Source: Mobula hypostoma
Taxonomy: Eukaryota
Length of the DNA: 64,000 nt
Direction: 5' to 3'
NCBI RefSeq assembly: GCF_963921235.1
Contig: NC_086097.1
Coordinates: 18,168,001 to 18,232,000 of the forward strand
Part shown: one piece after another, positions 12,771-25,199 of the stretch
How the letters are laid out: each line of letters begins with the position of its first letter
Numbering within the stretch: position 1 is the stretch's first letter
Notes under the pieces: model-generated
Database searches by the model: none
What the model was told of the DNA's origin: nothing
What the model saw: only the letters and a program-made list of their open reading frames with translations
Translations under genes and position numbers: made by a program

Positions 12771-13416
12771 TGTAATGCCCTGGTTCATATTTTTACTGTT
12801 ATGCTGTATGTATTTCATTTTGGCAGTTCTGTGAGAGCTGCTTGTTTTCAGCTTGCTCTACTTCGGCTTGTTCGAGCTACTCTTGAAGATAGGGGATGAT
12901 GTGGAATGCGTGCCATCCAATTAGCGGGAGGTTTTCTTGCTGAGGGTCAATAAGGTTGGTCTTGGGTTTTTGTTCAGAGGAGATGAAGAGAGAAGATGCT
13001 ACGGGAGAACTGGTCGTAGCATACGATCCGGTGGGAGACCTGTTTGGTCGAGATGGATTGTGAGCGACGCTCGGAAGATGGTGCGGGTGTTCATGCTGAT
13101 GAGGGCCCAGCGGGTGAGTGACAGAATCTCAAGATGAGCTCCAACTTGTGCATATTTGACTGTTTAATTAGAATGGGCCCTTTTTGTTGTTCTTTACTAA
13201 CCCTTTAGTTAAATTAAATTCATAACTATAATTCCTTTAATCTCATGGTGTGTACTCCCTCTTATTGTGTGGCACCAATTTTTAACAGGGTAACAAATTC
13301 CACAGCAGCCACACATAATGGGGTTTGGGGGGGAGAGCACCTCAATCGCACTCATTTGGAGGGGCAGGAGGTTGTTTTCCCTAGACTTCCACAGCCAAGG
13401 AAATGAGGGTGTTTCA
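12771..13416. mobile_element. Solo LTR (Gypsy-like)
   Basis: TGTAATGCCCT...AGGGTGTTTCA imperfect inverted termini; 4-bp TSD TACA at 12767-12770 and 13417-13420. Confidence 0.75.
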
Positions 13417-15056
13417 TACAAAACAGCTACAAAGACTGGGTGGATGAGCTCTACAGTGAGATCCAGTAGCTAAGAAGGCAGTTCTGCAGTGCTTTGTGGA
13501 GAGCGAGGTGCATGACAAGGCACAAGACAGCGTGGTCATCCACTGCAACCAATGCAGGCTCAATAGGCCAAATGACCTAATGCTTCTCCTATGTCTTATG
13601 CTTTATGGATTAGAGAAAATGTCTAGGGAGGGTGTTGTATGGATTAGAGAGAAATCCAGGGTGGGTGGGCTCTTTGATTATGTTAGCTGCTTTACCAAGG
13701 CAGCAAAAAGTATAGACAGAGTCCACAGATGGGGGAGGGGGCTGGTCTCGGTGATGTGCTGACCAAAACTCTATGTAATTTCTAGCAGGCATGAGCAGAA
13801 CAATTGCCACAGCGAGCCGTGGTGCATTTGGATAGGATGCTTTCTGTGGTGCATTGATGACTCTGTGGCCAAGTTGTGCTCTAACTCCATCTGCAAGTTG
13901 GCTGTGGTGGCCTGATCTCCAGCTGACTGGGTGGATGAGATCTACAGTGGGACCCGATGGCTGGGAAGGCGATTCTGAAATGCTCTGTGGAGAGTGCAGG
14001 GCATGACAGGGCACGACAGGGCACGAGACATCGTGGTCATCCACTGCAACCAATGAAGACCCCAGTTTGGTACGTTTTTTCATACAACTGGACCAGATTT
14101 CTAAGTTTGAGAGAGTGGAGCAATGGCTTTTCCACCTCAAACATAAAACTCTTCTCCAGTGGTTTCCTGTCTTTGTTGGATACGGTGGACAGCCACCAAT
14201 GGGGTCTAACTCAAATAATGAGTCAGAGTACAGGATGGAGATAGAGAGTTTTGTGACGATAACATTTCCCTCAATGTCATTGAAACAAAAGAACTGTTCA
14301 TTAACTTCAGGAAGTTAGGAGGAGCACATGACAGCTCAGGTCAGGCCATTCACCCATGATTTTGTGCCAATCAGTGGCATTTTATATTAAATATCCTCTT
14401 CCTGTATGTCATCCATATCCCTCCATTCCCTTCATAATCATGACTCTTTCTAAAAGCCTCTTTGCCAGACTTGATGGGCTGAATAGCCTAATTCCACTCC
14501 CATGTCTTATGGTCTTATGGTTACTACCAGAGAACTGAGAGCTTTGGAGACCCAAGTTGCACTGTGGGTGGAGACCAGAGGTGGTTTTTATTCAGCAAAA
14601 TCCCATTACCGTGTAAGAGTGAAGATGGGGAGCAAGATTGCTTTTCCTCCTGAGTGGAATTTGCTGATTAAATAGACTTTCAACATGTGTTACTTTGAAT
14701 GTAATTAGATTCTTGTTAATCGGATTTGATGGCTGAATGAAATGGGTTAAGGACTCCTGATATTGCTGATTTGCCAGTATCTGTAATCTTCAGTTAATTC
14801 AGGGCATTAAACATTGTTAAGTACTTCATGACCTCACCAAGAGAAAATGTTGCTTATTTTGTGGGGCTTGTTCAAAATCACCCTCTTTGTGTTTATTTAA
14901 TGGTAATACTCTACTACATAAGTTATAGAACTTTAGAGTTGTGGAGAGAAACAGTGTTGAAACAGGCCCCTTGGCCCATATGGGCAATGCTGACTAAGAC
15001 AATCATCTGAGCTAGCCTATATTCCCTTGAAATATGTCCTATTCATGTACTTAACC

Positions 15057-15669
15057 CAGGGGTCCCCAACCTTTTTTGCACAAAGGACCGGTTTAATATT
15101 GACAATATTCTTGTGGACTGGCTGACCGGGGAAGCCGGGGCGGCGGGGGGGGGGGGCGGGTGGTGTTCAAGTAGCGTTGCCAACTTTCTCACTCCCAAAT
15201 AAGGGACAAAAGTAGCAGTCAAATACGGGACACTTGTGTTTACCCTGAGGAAGACTACCATGACCATGAAGCCTTGCGCGGGCACCTGTGTGCGCATGCG
15301 TGATGTACACATACATGACATGTGCTCACGTGTACATGCCGTTTTTTTCCTACAAATCGGTTTTGGCTTAATCTTCCCAATCCTATTGGGTGAAACTACA
15401 CTGTACATACATTATTTCTACTTTATATAGGCTGTTTATTTATCATATCATACCTGCTTTTACTATATGTTAGTGTTATTTTAGGTTCTGTGTTATTTGG
15501 TATGATTTGGTAGGTTATTTCAAGTTCAACAGTGCATGACAGGGAATAAGGAAAGGTGCAGCTGACTCATATCATTTCATATCGCCAAATCATATTGTTT
15601 CCTCTCAACCTGGTAGCACATGCTTTGCGGGCCGGTACCAGTCCGCGGCCCGGTGGTTGGGGACCACTG
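15057..15669. mobile_element. hAT (Charlie-like) non-autonomous DNA transposon
   Basis: TIRs CAGGGGTCCCCAACC / GGTTGGGGACCACTG; 8-bp TSD ACTTAACC/TCTTAACC. Confidence 0.85.
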
Positions 15670-16754
15670 TCTTAACCAATTATCTTTCAAATGTTAATGC
15701 ACCTGCTTCAATTACTTCATTCTATCTTGACCACCTTCTGAATGAGAAATTTTACTCTCAGCTTCCTATTAACTCTTTCTCCTTTCGCCTTAAACCTATG
15801 CCCTATAGTTCTTGATTCCCCAACCCTGAGAAAAAGACCCTATCTGTACTGCTCATGGTTTTAAACACCTCCATGAGATCATCCCTTTCTCCATTATGCT
15901 GCAGTGAATGAAGTCCTAGCCTGCTCGGCGTCTCTCCATTACTCAGTCCCTCCAGTCCTGGTGAACTTCCTCAGAAACCTCCTCTGCCTCTGCACTCACT
16001 CCAGTTTAATAGCAACTTTCCTTTAGCAGGGCGGCCAAAACTGAACACGATATCCCAAGTGCCACCTCACCAGCCTGTCTACCCTAGCTGATATGAGGGG
16101 GCCTCATTTTAAGATGACTGGAGGAAGGTATGGGGGAGGGATGTTGGCGGTAGGTTTTCTACACACAGAGTGGTAAGTGCATAGGACACACTGCTGGGGG
16201 TTATGGTAGAAGCAGATACATTAGGGGCATTTAAGAGACTCTTAAATGTAGGTAGATAGGCACATGAATGAAAAAGAAATGGAGAAATGGCAACGTGAGA
16301 GGGAAGGGTTAAATTGATCCTAGAGTAGGTAGAAAGGTCGGCAAAACATTGTGGACTGAATGGCCTGTACTATGCTGTCCTATTGTACGTTCTATCTTCT
16401 ACTTGTGATGCTAAGAAACCAATGCTGCTTTCAGGAATCCTATATTAAAGATCTATTAATCCCACACACTGTGCGTGCCCACCACTATGTTAGGCCTGCA
16501 TTAAAATGAATTGTTGCTCCCAGAAACAGTAAACCCTCCAATCAGCAGTTGTCCCGCAAGCAGATCAGACTGTAACCACCAACCAGGCCTCCAGGCACTG
16601 CACGTTGTGAGCCTGCCGCTAGCATCTACTCTGCTGCCAGAGGGCTCTTCCTATGTTTTCAAAGTATCTGGAAGCAGCCAAAATTGTTTGAAATAATCAT
16701 TGTTAAAGACTTAAAAAAGCAATCGTTTTTAAAACACTAACCTCCCCCTCATTC

Positions 16755-17130
16755 ATAGGAGAATGAGGGGAGATTTGATAGAGGTACACAAAATTATGTG
16801 GGGTATAGATAGGGTAAATGCAAGCCGAGGGTTGGGTGAGACTAGAATTAAAGGTCGTGGGCTAAGAGTGAAAGGTGAACTGTTTCAGGGGAGAACAAGG
16901 GTGAACTTCTTCACTCAGAGGGTGGTGCGGGTACGGAGTGACCTGCCAGCGGAAGTGATAGATACGAGCTTGATTTCAACATTTAAGAAAAGTTCAGATA
17001 GCTACACAGATGGGAGGGTTATTAAGGGCTACAGTCCATGTGCAGCACGATGGGACAAGGCAGAATAATAGTTCAGTATGGACTAGGTGGGCTGAAGTGC
17101 CTGTTTCTGCACTGTAGTGTTCTGTGACTG
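16755..17130 (+). mobile_element. CR1 3' end
   Basis: ORF 16763-17068 MRGDLIEVHKIM...NFFTQRVV. Confidence 0.8.
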
Positions 17131-18605
17131 TAATTAAAAGGCAGTGAAACAAACAAAGATAATCAAAAAACAGAGTGAAGCTTAACTTTTTGGAGATTGG
17201 CAGGAAAATATGAATCAATGGATGCACTGGACTTGCATTAGGCTGGAGGGTTGAAGATGAGATGTATCCAGACCCTCTGTTTGCTGTGTGACAGGATGAC
17301 TCAGGACTAAATGACGGGTCCAGGAGTAAAGTGAAAGGTTGGAACATTCTGTACTTCTGTACTGCCGTGTGCTGGCACAGTAATCTGGACCACGTTAAAG
17401 CACACACTGCCAGTGGTTCCAGTAGGTCCTGCCAGCCAATTATCTGTATAACCCTGTTCAATATGTTGGAGGCGCTATGTAAATGCAGACCGTTGCTGTT
17501 GTCATTGACTTGAGCAGATTTGATTAGCGAACATTGCATTAAAGGTAGACATTATCCTTATGAATGTATCTAGTAATTAATTTGTCTAAATAGGTGTGAA
17601 ATTAACAGTGCTTGCTGGATAATTCGATTTTTCAAAAGTATGAGCACCATTTCACTAAGTGGACATTGAAATCAGCCAATTTCTTTCAAGATTGACCCAT
17701 GGGAGAAGGAGATGAGCTGCTGCTTAGTAACAAAATCCCATTAACCTGAAAGAAATGGGGTTGGGAAGCAAGGTTGTTTTCCTCCTGAGTGCAACTTGCT
17801 GATTAAATGGGATTTTATCTTGTGTCATTTTCAATGCGATTGGATTCTCATTAATTGGATTTGGTGGCTTGATGAAATGGGTTAAGGACTCCTGATGCCT
17901 GTGCCTCACCGGCACCTGTAATCCTCCATTAATTCAGGGAACTTAACATTGTCAACGGCTTCGTGAAACCACTGAGAGGAGAAAATGTTGTTTACCTCAG
18001 TAGAGCAAAGTAAAACCAACCATACATTCACTGAAATCTATTGAATATTGGAAGACCTTAGATAGAGTGGATGTTTCTGATATTGGAGATTGCTTTATTG
18101 GGACCATTTCTGCTGGGAGCCCATTTCACACTCACGCCACCCTCTGACTGCAGTTATTCCTCCTCAGATTCATCTTTCACCCTAAACCTATGACCTCTGG
18201 TTCTAGTCACAGAATAGAAGGACGGCCCTTTATAACAGAGATGAGCTTTTTAAGTATTTCCACTTTCACTTTAAACTCTAATTTTACACTCCCCAGTGCT
18301 GGGGAAAAGACATCCATCCATTCATCAGGGAATTCTTTAGCCAGAGGGTGGTGAATCTGTGGAATTCGTTGTTTCAGAAGACTGAGGAGGCCAAGTCATT
18401 GACTATATTAAAAACAGAGGTTAATAGGTTCTTGATTAGTCAGGGTGTCTAAAGTTATGGGGAGAAAGCAGGAGAATGTGGTTGAGAGGGATGGTAAATC
18501 AGCCATGATGGACGGTGGAACAGACTCAATGGGCTGAAGAGTCTAATTCTGCTCCTAAGTCTTATAGTCTTGCATTTAATTATAATACTCTGTCGCAGAC
18601 TTCTC

Positions 18606-18865
18606 TGTGGATTGTCACCTTGTCGCGGTGGAGAAGCTTGTGTGGTCCTGAGATCCCGAGAGTGATGCCGTCTGGAGCTATGCTCCTGGTAGGGTCACCC
18701 ATGGCGGTAAGGTCGAGGGTGAGGTCCCTGACAAAGAACAATCCAATCAAGACCTCAATGGCGGAACAGGCGGACAAAGTTACTTCGAACTCAACAGCTG
18801 TGAAGGCGGATGAAGGCTGCAACAAATCCATCAGCTCCAACCGTCATGGTTTCCATACCATTGGA
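18606..18865 (+). mobile_element. RTE-clade 5'UTR-derived element
   Basis: CACCTTGTCGCGGTGGAGAAGCTTG...GGTAGGGTCACCCATGGCGG...CTGACAAAG resembles BovB/Rex3-type RTE 5' UTRs. Confidence 0.7.
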
Positions 18866-19409
18866 ATCAGTTGGTTGATTTGTGAGGTATCGTGTGCTTC
18901 TTGGAGTGCAACGTCAAGTACAAGTTAAACAAATACACACATAGGTGTCTGTCGCAGAAGTTACACCAGCTGTCTTCATGCCCACCGTGAATTCCTTCTT
19001 TAATGAATTTCAGATCTTGGTTGTCAGGAATAGAAATGCAAACACCATTCAATTGAAAACACAATTCACCTGACACAAAAATAAATGTTTACATGGTTCA
19101 AACCTCCTGTGGTGAATGTTTTTTTGACAAACAAGTGGGCTCTACTGTTTTGTGGGAAGGAATTGCTCTGTAGGTTTTGAAAAGGCAGCAACATTGAGTG
19201 AGAAAGCTGTTGTGGAGGCATCTAGGCCAACAGAGAGTATAGACCCTCCTGTGACTCAAAACCTGTAATCTAGGCAATTATCTTTTATAGCCCATCTAGT
19301 TACCAAGTCAAATCACTATCTATACTATCAGTGCCCCTCGTAAATTTGTATACCTCAGTCAGCACCCTCTCTTCTTCCCCATTTCAAGGAAAACAAACTT
19401 AACATATCT

Positions 19410-19573
19410 AGCAACACACATTAAAGTTGCTGGTGAATGCAGCAGGCCAGGCAGCATCTCTAGGAAGAGGTCGACTGTACCTCTTCCTAGAGATGCTGCC
19501 TGGCCTGCTGCATTCACCAGCAACTTTGATGTGTGTTGCTTGAATTTCCAGCATCTGCAGAATTCCTCGTGTT
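19410..19573. repeat. Penelope-derived inverted repeat (62-bp arms) with target-site duplication
   Basis: Arms 19410-19471 and 19479-19540 with one mismatch; flanked by TTAAC(A/G)TATCTAG on both sides. Confidence 0.85.
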
Positions 19574-20599
19574 AACGTATCTAGTCTGTCCTCATAGGGT
19601 CTTAGAGCACTACAGAACTGAAATAGGCCCTTTGCCCTGTTTAGTTCATTTCAAGTCCCATCTACCTACAACCATAAGACCACAAGACATAGGAGCAGAA
19701 TTAGGCCATTCAGCCCATTGAGTCTATTCTGCCTGGACCCTAGCCCTCCGTACCTCTCTCACCTATGAACCTATCCAAACTTCTCTTAAATATTACAATT
19801 AAACTCACGGCTACCACTGCTGCCAGGAGCTGGTTCCACACCCGCACTGCATTCTGACTGCAGACATTCCCCCTCAGGTTCCCCTTTCACATTTCACCTT
19901 TCACTCTAAACCCTACGACCTCTGGTTCTAGTCTCATTCGCCCTATCAAGAGACACCGGGGGCTGCAGATGTTGGAATCTGAAGCATTCAACAACAAACT
20001 CAGTACAACTCAACAGATCAGACAGCACCTGATGGGTCATGACCTGAAACGTCATCTGTCCATTTCCCTCCGTAGGTCCTGCTTGTCCTGCTCAGCTTAT
20101 TCTCACAACTGAAATACTCAAACCCAGTCAATATCCTGGGGAGTACCTTCCCTACTTTCTCAGTGCAATCGCAACCTTCCCATTGTGTGTGGGCAGATCT
20201 CCACTCAACATTTCAGCTGTGGTCTCGCTGATCTGATTCATAACAAAGGATATATACTTTGATAATAAATGCACTTTGAACTATTCTTCACCCCAGTTAA
20301 TGAAGGAAGTACCTCATATGTCTTATTGACCACCTTATCCATCTGTGTTGCTGTTTCAGGGACCCTTGGACGTGTACATCAAGGTTCCCCTGTTCCTCAG
20401 CACTTTGAGGAATTGTGTATTTCTTAGTCTTATTAGTTCTCCCAAAATTCATTATGTCACATTTACAGAATTAAATAGCGCCTACTATTTCTCTCCCATT
20501 TTATCAACATACCAATACACGTCTTTAGCTGAAGGCACTGTCTATAACACCATCAAATGTTATGTCATCTATGAACTTACATACAGATCCATATTCTTA

Positions 20600-21013
20600 G
20601 AGTGATCACTTCATTAGGTAAAACTGCTTACTAATACAAATATTTAATCAGCCAATCCTGTGGCAACTACTCAATGCATAAAAGCATGCAGACATGGTCA
20701 AGAAGTTCAGTTGTTATCCAGACCAAACATCAGAATGGGGAAAAAATGTGATCTAAGTGATTTTGACGATGGAATGATTGTTAGTGCTAAGCAGCATGGT
20801 TTCAGAATCTCAGATTTTCACACACTACAGTTTCTAGGGTTTACAGAGAAAGGTACGGAAAATAAAAATCAACCAGTGAGCAGACAGCAACTCAAATAGC
20901 CATGCATTACAACAGTACTGTGCAGAGGAGTATCTCTGAATATGTCGAACCTTGAAGTGAATGGGCAGCAGAGGACCACAAACAAACAATCACAGACCCC
21001 TTTATTAGTTACA
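20600..21013 (+). mobile_element. Tc1-like non-autonomous element (transposase N-terminus)
   Basis: MGKKCDLSDFDDGMIVSAKQHG in ORF 20660-20899; terminal CACTTCATTAGGTA / CTTTATTAGTTACA motifs. Confidence 0.75.
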
Positions 21014-22849
21014 TCGGTATACTTGGTGGATCCAGCACTAGCAATAGGGTCCCAATTACAAAAACAATCCTCATCCATCACCTTCTTCCAATCCCAATGT
21101 GCTAAATTGCCCTGGATCTCACAGGCTTTTAACTTTTGGAACCATCTCCCACGCAAATCTTGTCAAAAGACTTCCTTAAGTCCATGTACATGGATATTTA
21201 AATAGACATGGTGCAGAAAGATATAGACGTGTTGCGGACAAATGGGATTAATGTAGATAGGCCAACAGGTTGGCTTGGATGTGATGGGCCAAAAAGCCTT
21301 TATCTGTGGTTCTATTGTGCAATACTCTATAACATCAACTATACTACTCTCATTAACACTCTTGGTGATGGAGGGTACTTCCTTGTACCACTTCAGTGCT
21401 TCTAGTGGAGGACTTCCGTCCCACTGTTATCAGACTTTAGAACAGATTTCTTGTGTGATATGATGGACTCTTCACCCGACAACCTAGCTCGTTATGATTT
21501 GCACTTTATTTGTTAACCTGCTCTGTACATCACAGTAGCCTTTATGCTTTAAAATGCATATGTTAACCTTCCTCAAAAGCACTGCACAATGATTTGAACT
21601 TCATTGGACAATGTGCAAGACAAGCTTTTCACTGTCTTGTATAGGTCGCAATAATAAACCAATACCTATTTCACAACAATACAACAAATTTCATGATGTA
21701 CAGTATGTCAATGATATTAAATCTGATTCTGATTCCAATGCCATCGAAAAGGATTCGCACCACCCAGGTCATGCTTTCTTCTCATCACTACCAGTGGGGA
21801 GGAGATACAGGAATCTGAAGATTCACTCAAAAAGCTTCTTCCCCTCTGCTATCAGATTTCTGAATGATCCATGAATGATCTTCACTATTCCTTTCTGTTT
21901 CTTTTATTTTTTTTTTGCAATTTATGATCATTTTATGTATTTTCACTGTACTGTGCAGCAAAACAGCAGATTTCACATCATCCAAGGTTAGTGACAATAG
22001 ATTTGATTCTGATCTGATTCAGTGCTTCCTCCAAAGAGAACTGATTCATCAGCCAAGAGAGAACAGGAGGTGGTATCTAGTGGGGGGGCGGGGGGGGAGG
22101 TTAATCAGATGTGCTGAGATTTCATGGGGTCTGCAGTCGATGTTGAGGAATTCAGATCCAGTCCTCTCACCTGGGTACCACTGCAATGCCACCTCTAGTG
22201 AGACTGTCCTGCTAGGGGCACAGTATGCGCCTTGGCATTGTAACTGCCAGGTCTGATTCTGTGAGTATACAATAGTGGACTGTTGCTCCACTAATCTGTG
22301 GGAAAACTTTTCCAATTTACACACCAGTGCCCAGATAGTCTTGACTGAAGTTTATGTCGGGGATTTTGTTATCTCGTAAATGTGCTTTCACAGGCAAGAA
22401 AAATACACGTTGACTATACTGCCCCTAAGCTACTATTAAATTACTATCCTTGAGTAATTCTCCAAAGTAGCTGTTGAGAGGATTAAACATTTCACCGCAG
22501 AATTTTTTGAAGAGTGGACTGCTTTGTTAAGTGGTGGTATTGTTGTTCCAGGGGTTAGCTTTAAGCCTTTTGTGCATTTTTGAGTATTTGTTGAGTATAA
22601 TTGTTGTAGAGTTGAGTTTCCAGCTGTTACAAGTTCAGCTGTGTTCTTCAGACATGTCAATTTCCCATTGATCTTTTAGGACAGTCAGATGGGGAGGGAC
22701 TGTAAGACAGCTGATAAATTTATCAAGGTGCTAGTCAAGTCAGTGGCTCTTCAATAGGACAGAATCATTGAATTGCTGCAGCATGTAAACAGGACATTCA
22801 GAGCAATTGGTTGATGCCAGCACCTCCTCAAGTAACCCGGTCAGGGATG

Positions 22850-23957
22850 GGCAGGCAAGGAGATAAGTCAAGGAGGAAGCAAGTGGGAATAAAAGTATCC
22901 TTTGCTGGTTGGCTGCCAGTGACCAGTGGTGTTCCTCAGGGGTTGGTGTTGGAACCACTTCTTTTTATGCTGTATATCAATGATTTAGATGATGGAATAG
23001 ATGGCTTTGTTGCCAAGTTTGCAGATAATACAATGATTGGTGGAGGGGCAGGTAGTGTTGAAGAAACAGGTAGGATGCAGAAGGACTTAGATTAGGAGAA
23101 TGGGCAAGAAAGTGGCAAATGAAATACAATGTTGGAAAATGCATGGCCATGCATTTTGTTGTAAAAATAAATGTGCAGAGTATTTTCTGAACAGGGAGAA
23201 AATACAGGAATCTGAGATGCGAAGGGACTTGGGAGTCCTTATGCAGAACATCCTGAAGATTAACTGGCAAGTTGAGTCGGTGGTGAGGAAGGCAAATGTT
23301 ATGTTAGCGTTTATTTCAAGAGGTCTAGAATGCAAGAGTGAGGATGTGATGCTGAGGCTTTATAAGGCACTGGTGAGGCCTCACCTTGAGTATTGTGAAC
23401 AATTTTGGGCCCCTCATCTTAGAAAAGATGTGCTGGCATTGGAGAGGGTCCATAGGAGGTTCACAAGGATGATTCTGGGAATGAAAGGGTTATCATATAA
23501 GGAATGTTTGAAGGCTCTGGGTCTGTACTCACTGCAATTCAGAAGGATAAGAGGGGTATCTCATTGAAACCTTTCGAGTGTTGAAAGGCCTAGACAGAGT
23601 AGATATGGAAACGATGTTTCCCATGGTGGGAGAGTCTAGGACAAGAGGGCACAGCCTCAGGATAGAGGGGCACCTTTTCAAAACAGATGTGGAGAAATTT
23701 CTTTAGCCAAAGGGTGGTGAATTTGTGGAATTTGTTGCCACATGCAGCTGTGGAGGCTAGGTTGCTGGATGTATTTAAGGCAGAGATTGATGGGTTCTTG
23801 ATTGGATATGACATCAAAGGTTACTGGGAGAAGGCTGGGATCTGGGGTTGAGGAGGAGATAGAAAAAACGATCAGCCATGATTGAATGGTGGAGCAGACT
23901 CAGTGGGCCAGATTGCCTAATTCAGCTCCTATGTCTTATGGTCTTATGATCTTATGG
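22850..23957 (+). mobile_element. CR1 LINE, 5'-truncated
   Basis: VTSGVPQGLVLEPLLFMLYINDLDDGIDGFVAKFADNT; RPHLEYCEQFW; tail CTTATGGTCTTATG. Confidence 0.9.
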
Positions 23958-24224
23958 CCCTGCTGAACGAAATGATGACTATATTCTTTTCCATAGATGC
24001 TGCCAGACCTGCTGAGTTTCTCCAGCATTTTGTGCATGTTGCTTGGATTTTCAGCATCTGCAGATTTTCTCTTGTCCCTCTCCCAAGTCCTTACTCTTAA
24101 CTCGACCTATTATTTTTCCCCAACAGCCTAAGCAATTGTGTTGTGAAAGCCCCAATTAACTCTGTTTGTAGCAGCATGTGGCTGATGATAGATGCTGCTT
24201 TCAGGGTGAAAACAGTTTAAATCT

Positions 24225-24845
24225 TCAACATCTCCTTAAAAAGTTAGCAGGTCAGTCAGCATCCATGGAAACGAATAGTCGATGTCTCAGGCCGAGATCC
24301 TTCTTCAGGACTGAAAAAGAAGGGAGAAGGTCCAGAATAAAATGGTGGACGAGGACAGGAAGGAGGCAGGCTGGAAGATAATAGGTGTAGCCAAGTGGGT
24401 GGGAGAGGTCAAGGGTTGGAGAAGAAGGAATCTGATAGGAGAGGAGAGTGGACTACAGGAGAAAGGGAAGGAGAAGGCAGCACAGGGGAAAGTAATAGGC
24501 AAGTGAGAATAGGTAAAGTGTCAACAGTGTAGAATAGAGGAGGGGGCGGTGGGAAAGAAGGGGGGAGTCCACCTCCCTCTCCTAACATATTCGTTCTTCT
24601 CCAGTCATTGAGCTTTCCAAGCCACCTAGTCTCACCTATCACCTTCCAGTCAGCCCAGTCAGCCTCCTTCCCCTCCCGCCACCTTTTTCATTCTGGTCCT
24701 TCCTTTACACTTCTGAAGAAGGGTCTCGGTGTGAAATGTCGACTATCTATTCATTTCCATAGACGTCTTACCTGCTGAGTTCCTCCAGCATCTTGTGTGT
24801 GTTGTTTTGGATTTCCAGCATCTGCAGATGTTATAGTGTTTATTA
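24225..24845. mobile_element. Inverted pair of Penelope terminal-repeat fragments, each with a degenerate hammerhead motif
   Basis: Minus motif 24277-24312; plus motif CTGAAGAAGGGTCTCGGTGTGAAATGTCGACT ~24713-24744. Confidence 0.7.
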
Positions 24846-25199
24846 TCCCTTAGAAATTTTGCTCCAACTTTTAAATCATGCAACTTCAGGGTAATTTAAA
24901 ATGCAACCCAAACAATGAATTAATTAGGGTCCAATCTGCATACTCCATGAGTCTTTATTGGTTATGGGATATGTGAGTCTCTGGTGAGTACAGTTTTAAT
25001 TGCCCGTCTCTCATTGGCTTGAACAGAGTGGCTTACCTGGCTACTCAGAGTGAAGATAAGAGGTAACCACATTGAAATGGTATTGGAGCCTCATGTGGGC
25101 CAGAACAGTCAAGGTCTTTCTTACATGGTTTGATTATTGTAATAATCAAGTTGTTTAATTGCCATTGTTGGGAAACTAATTTGCAAAGTTCACAGTAAA

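Noticed and set aside
14596..14790. Duplicated coding exon (minus frame QESLTHFI...FNQQ...MGFC open in both pair A copies)
   Set aside because: Substitutions are largely non-synonymous with no third-position bias and there is no polypyrimidine acceptor; not fully excluded without RNA-seq.
17870..17895. Box C/D snoRNA (TGATGA...CTGA)
   Set aside because: Boxes only 16 nt apart and box C is not conserved in the paralogous copy.
22185..22225. CTCF-like sites
   Set aside because: Both candidates deviate from consensus spacing; unsupported without a matrix scan.
22400..22490. Minus-strand exon in pair B after TCTCAACAG
   Set aside because: All three frames hit stops within ~50 nt in this copy, and the other copy is interrupted by a retroelement.
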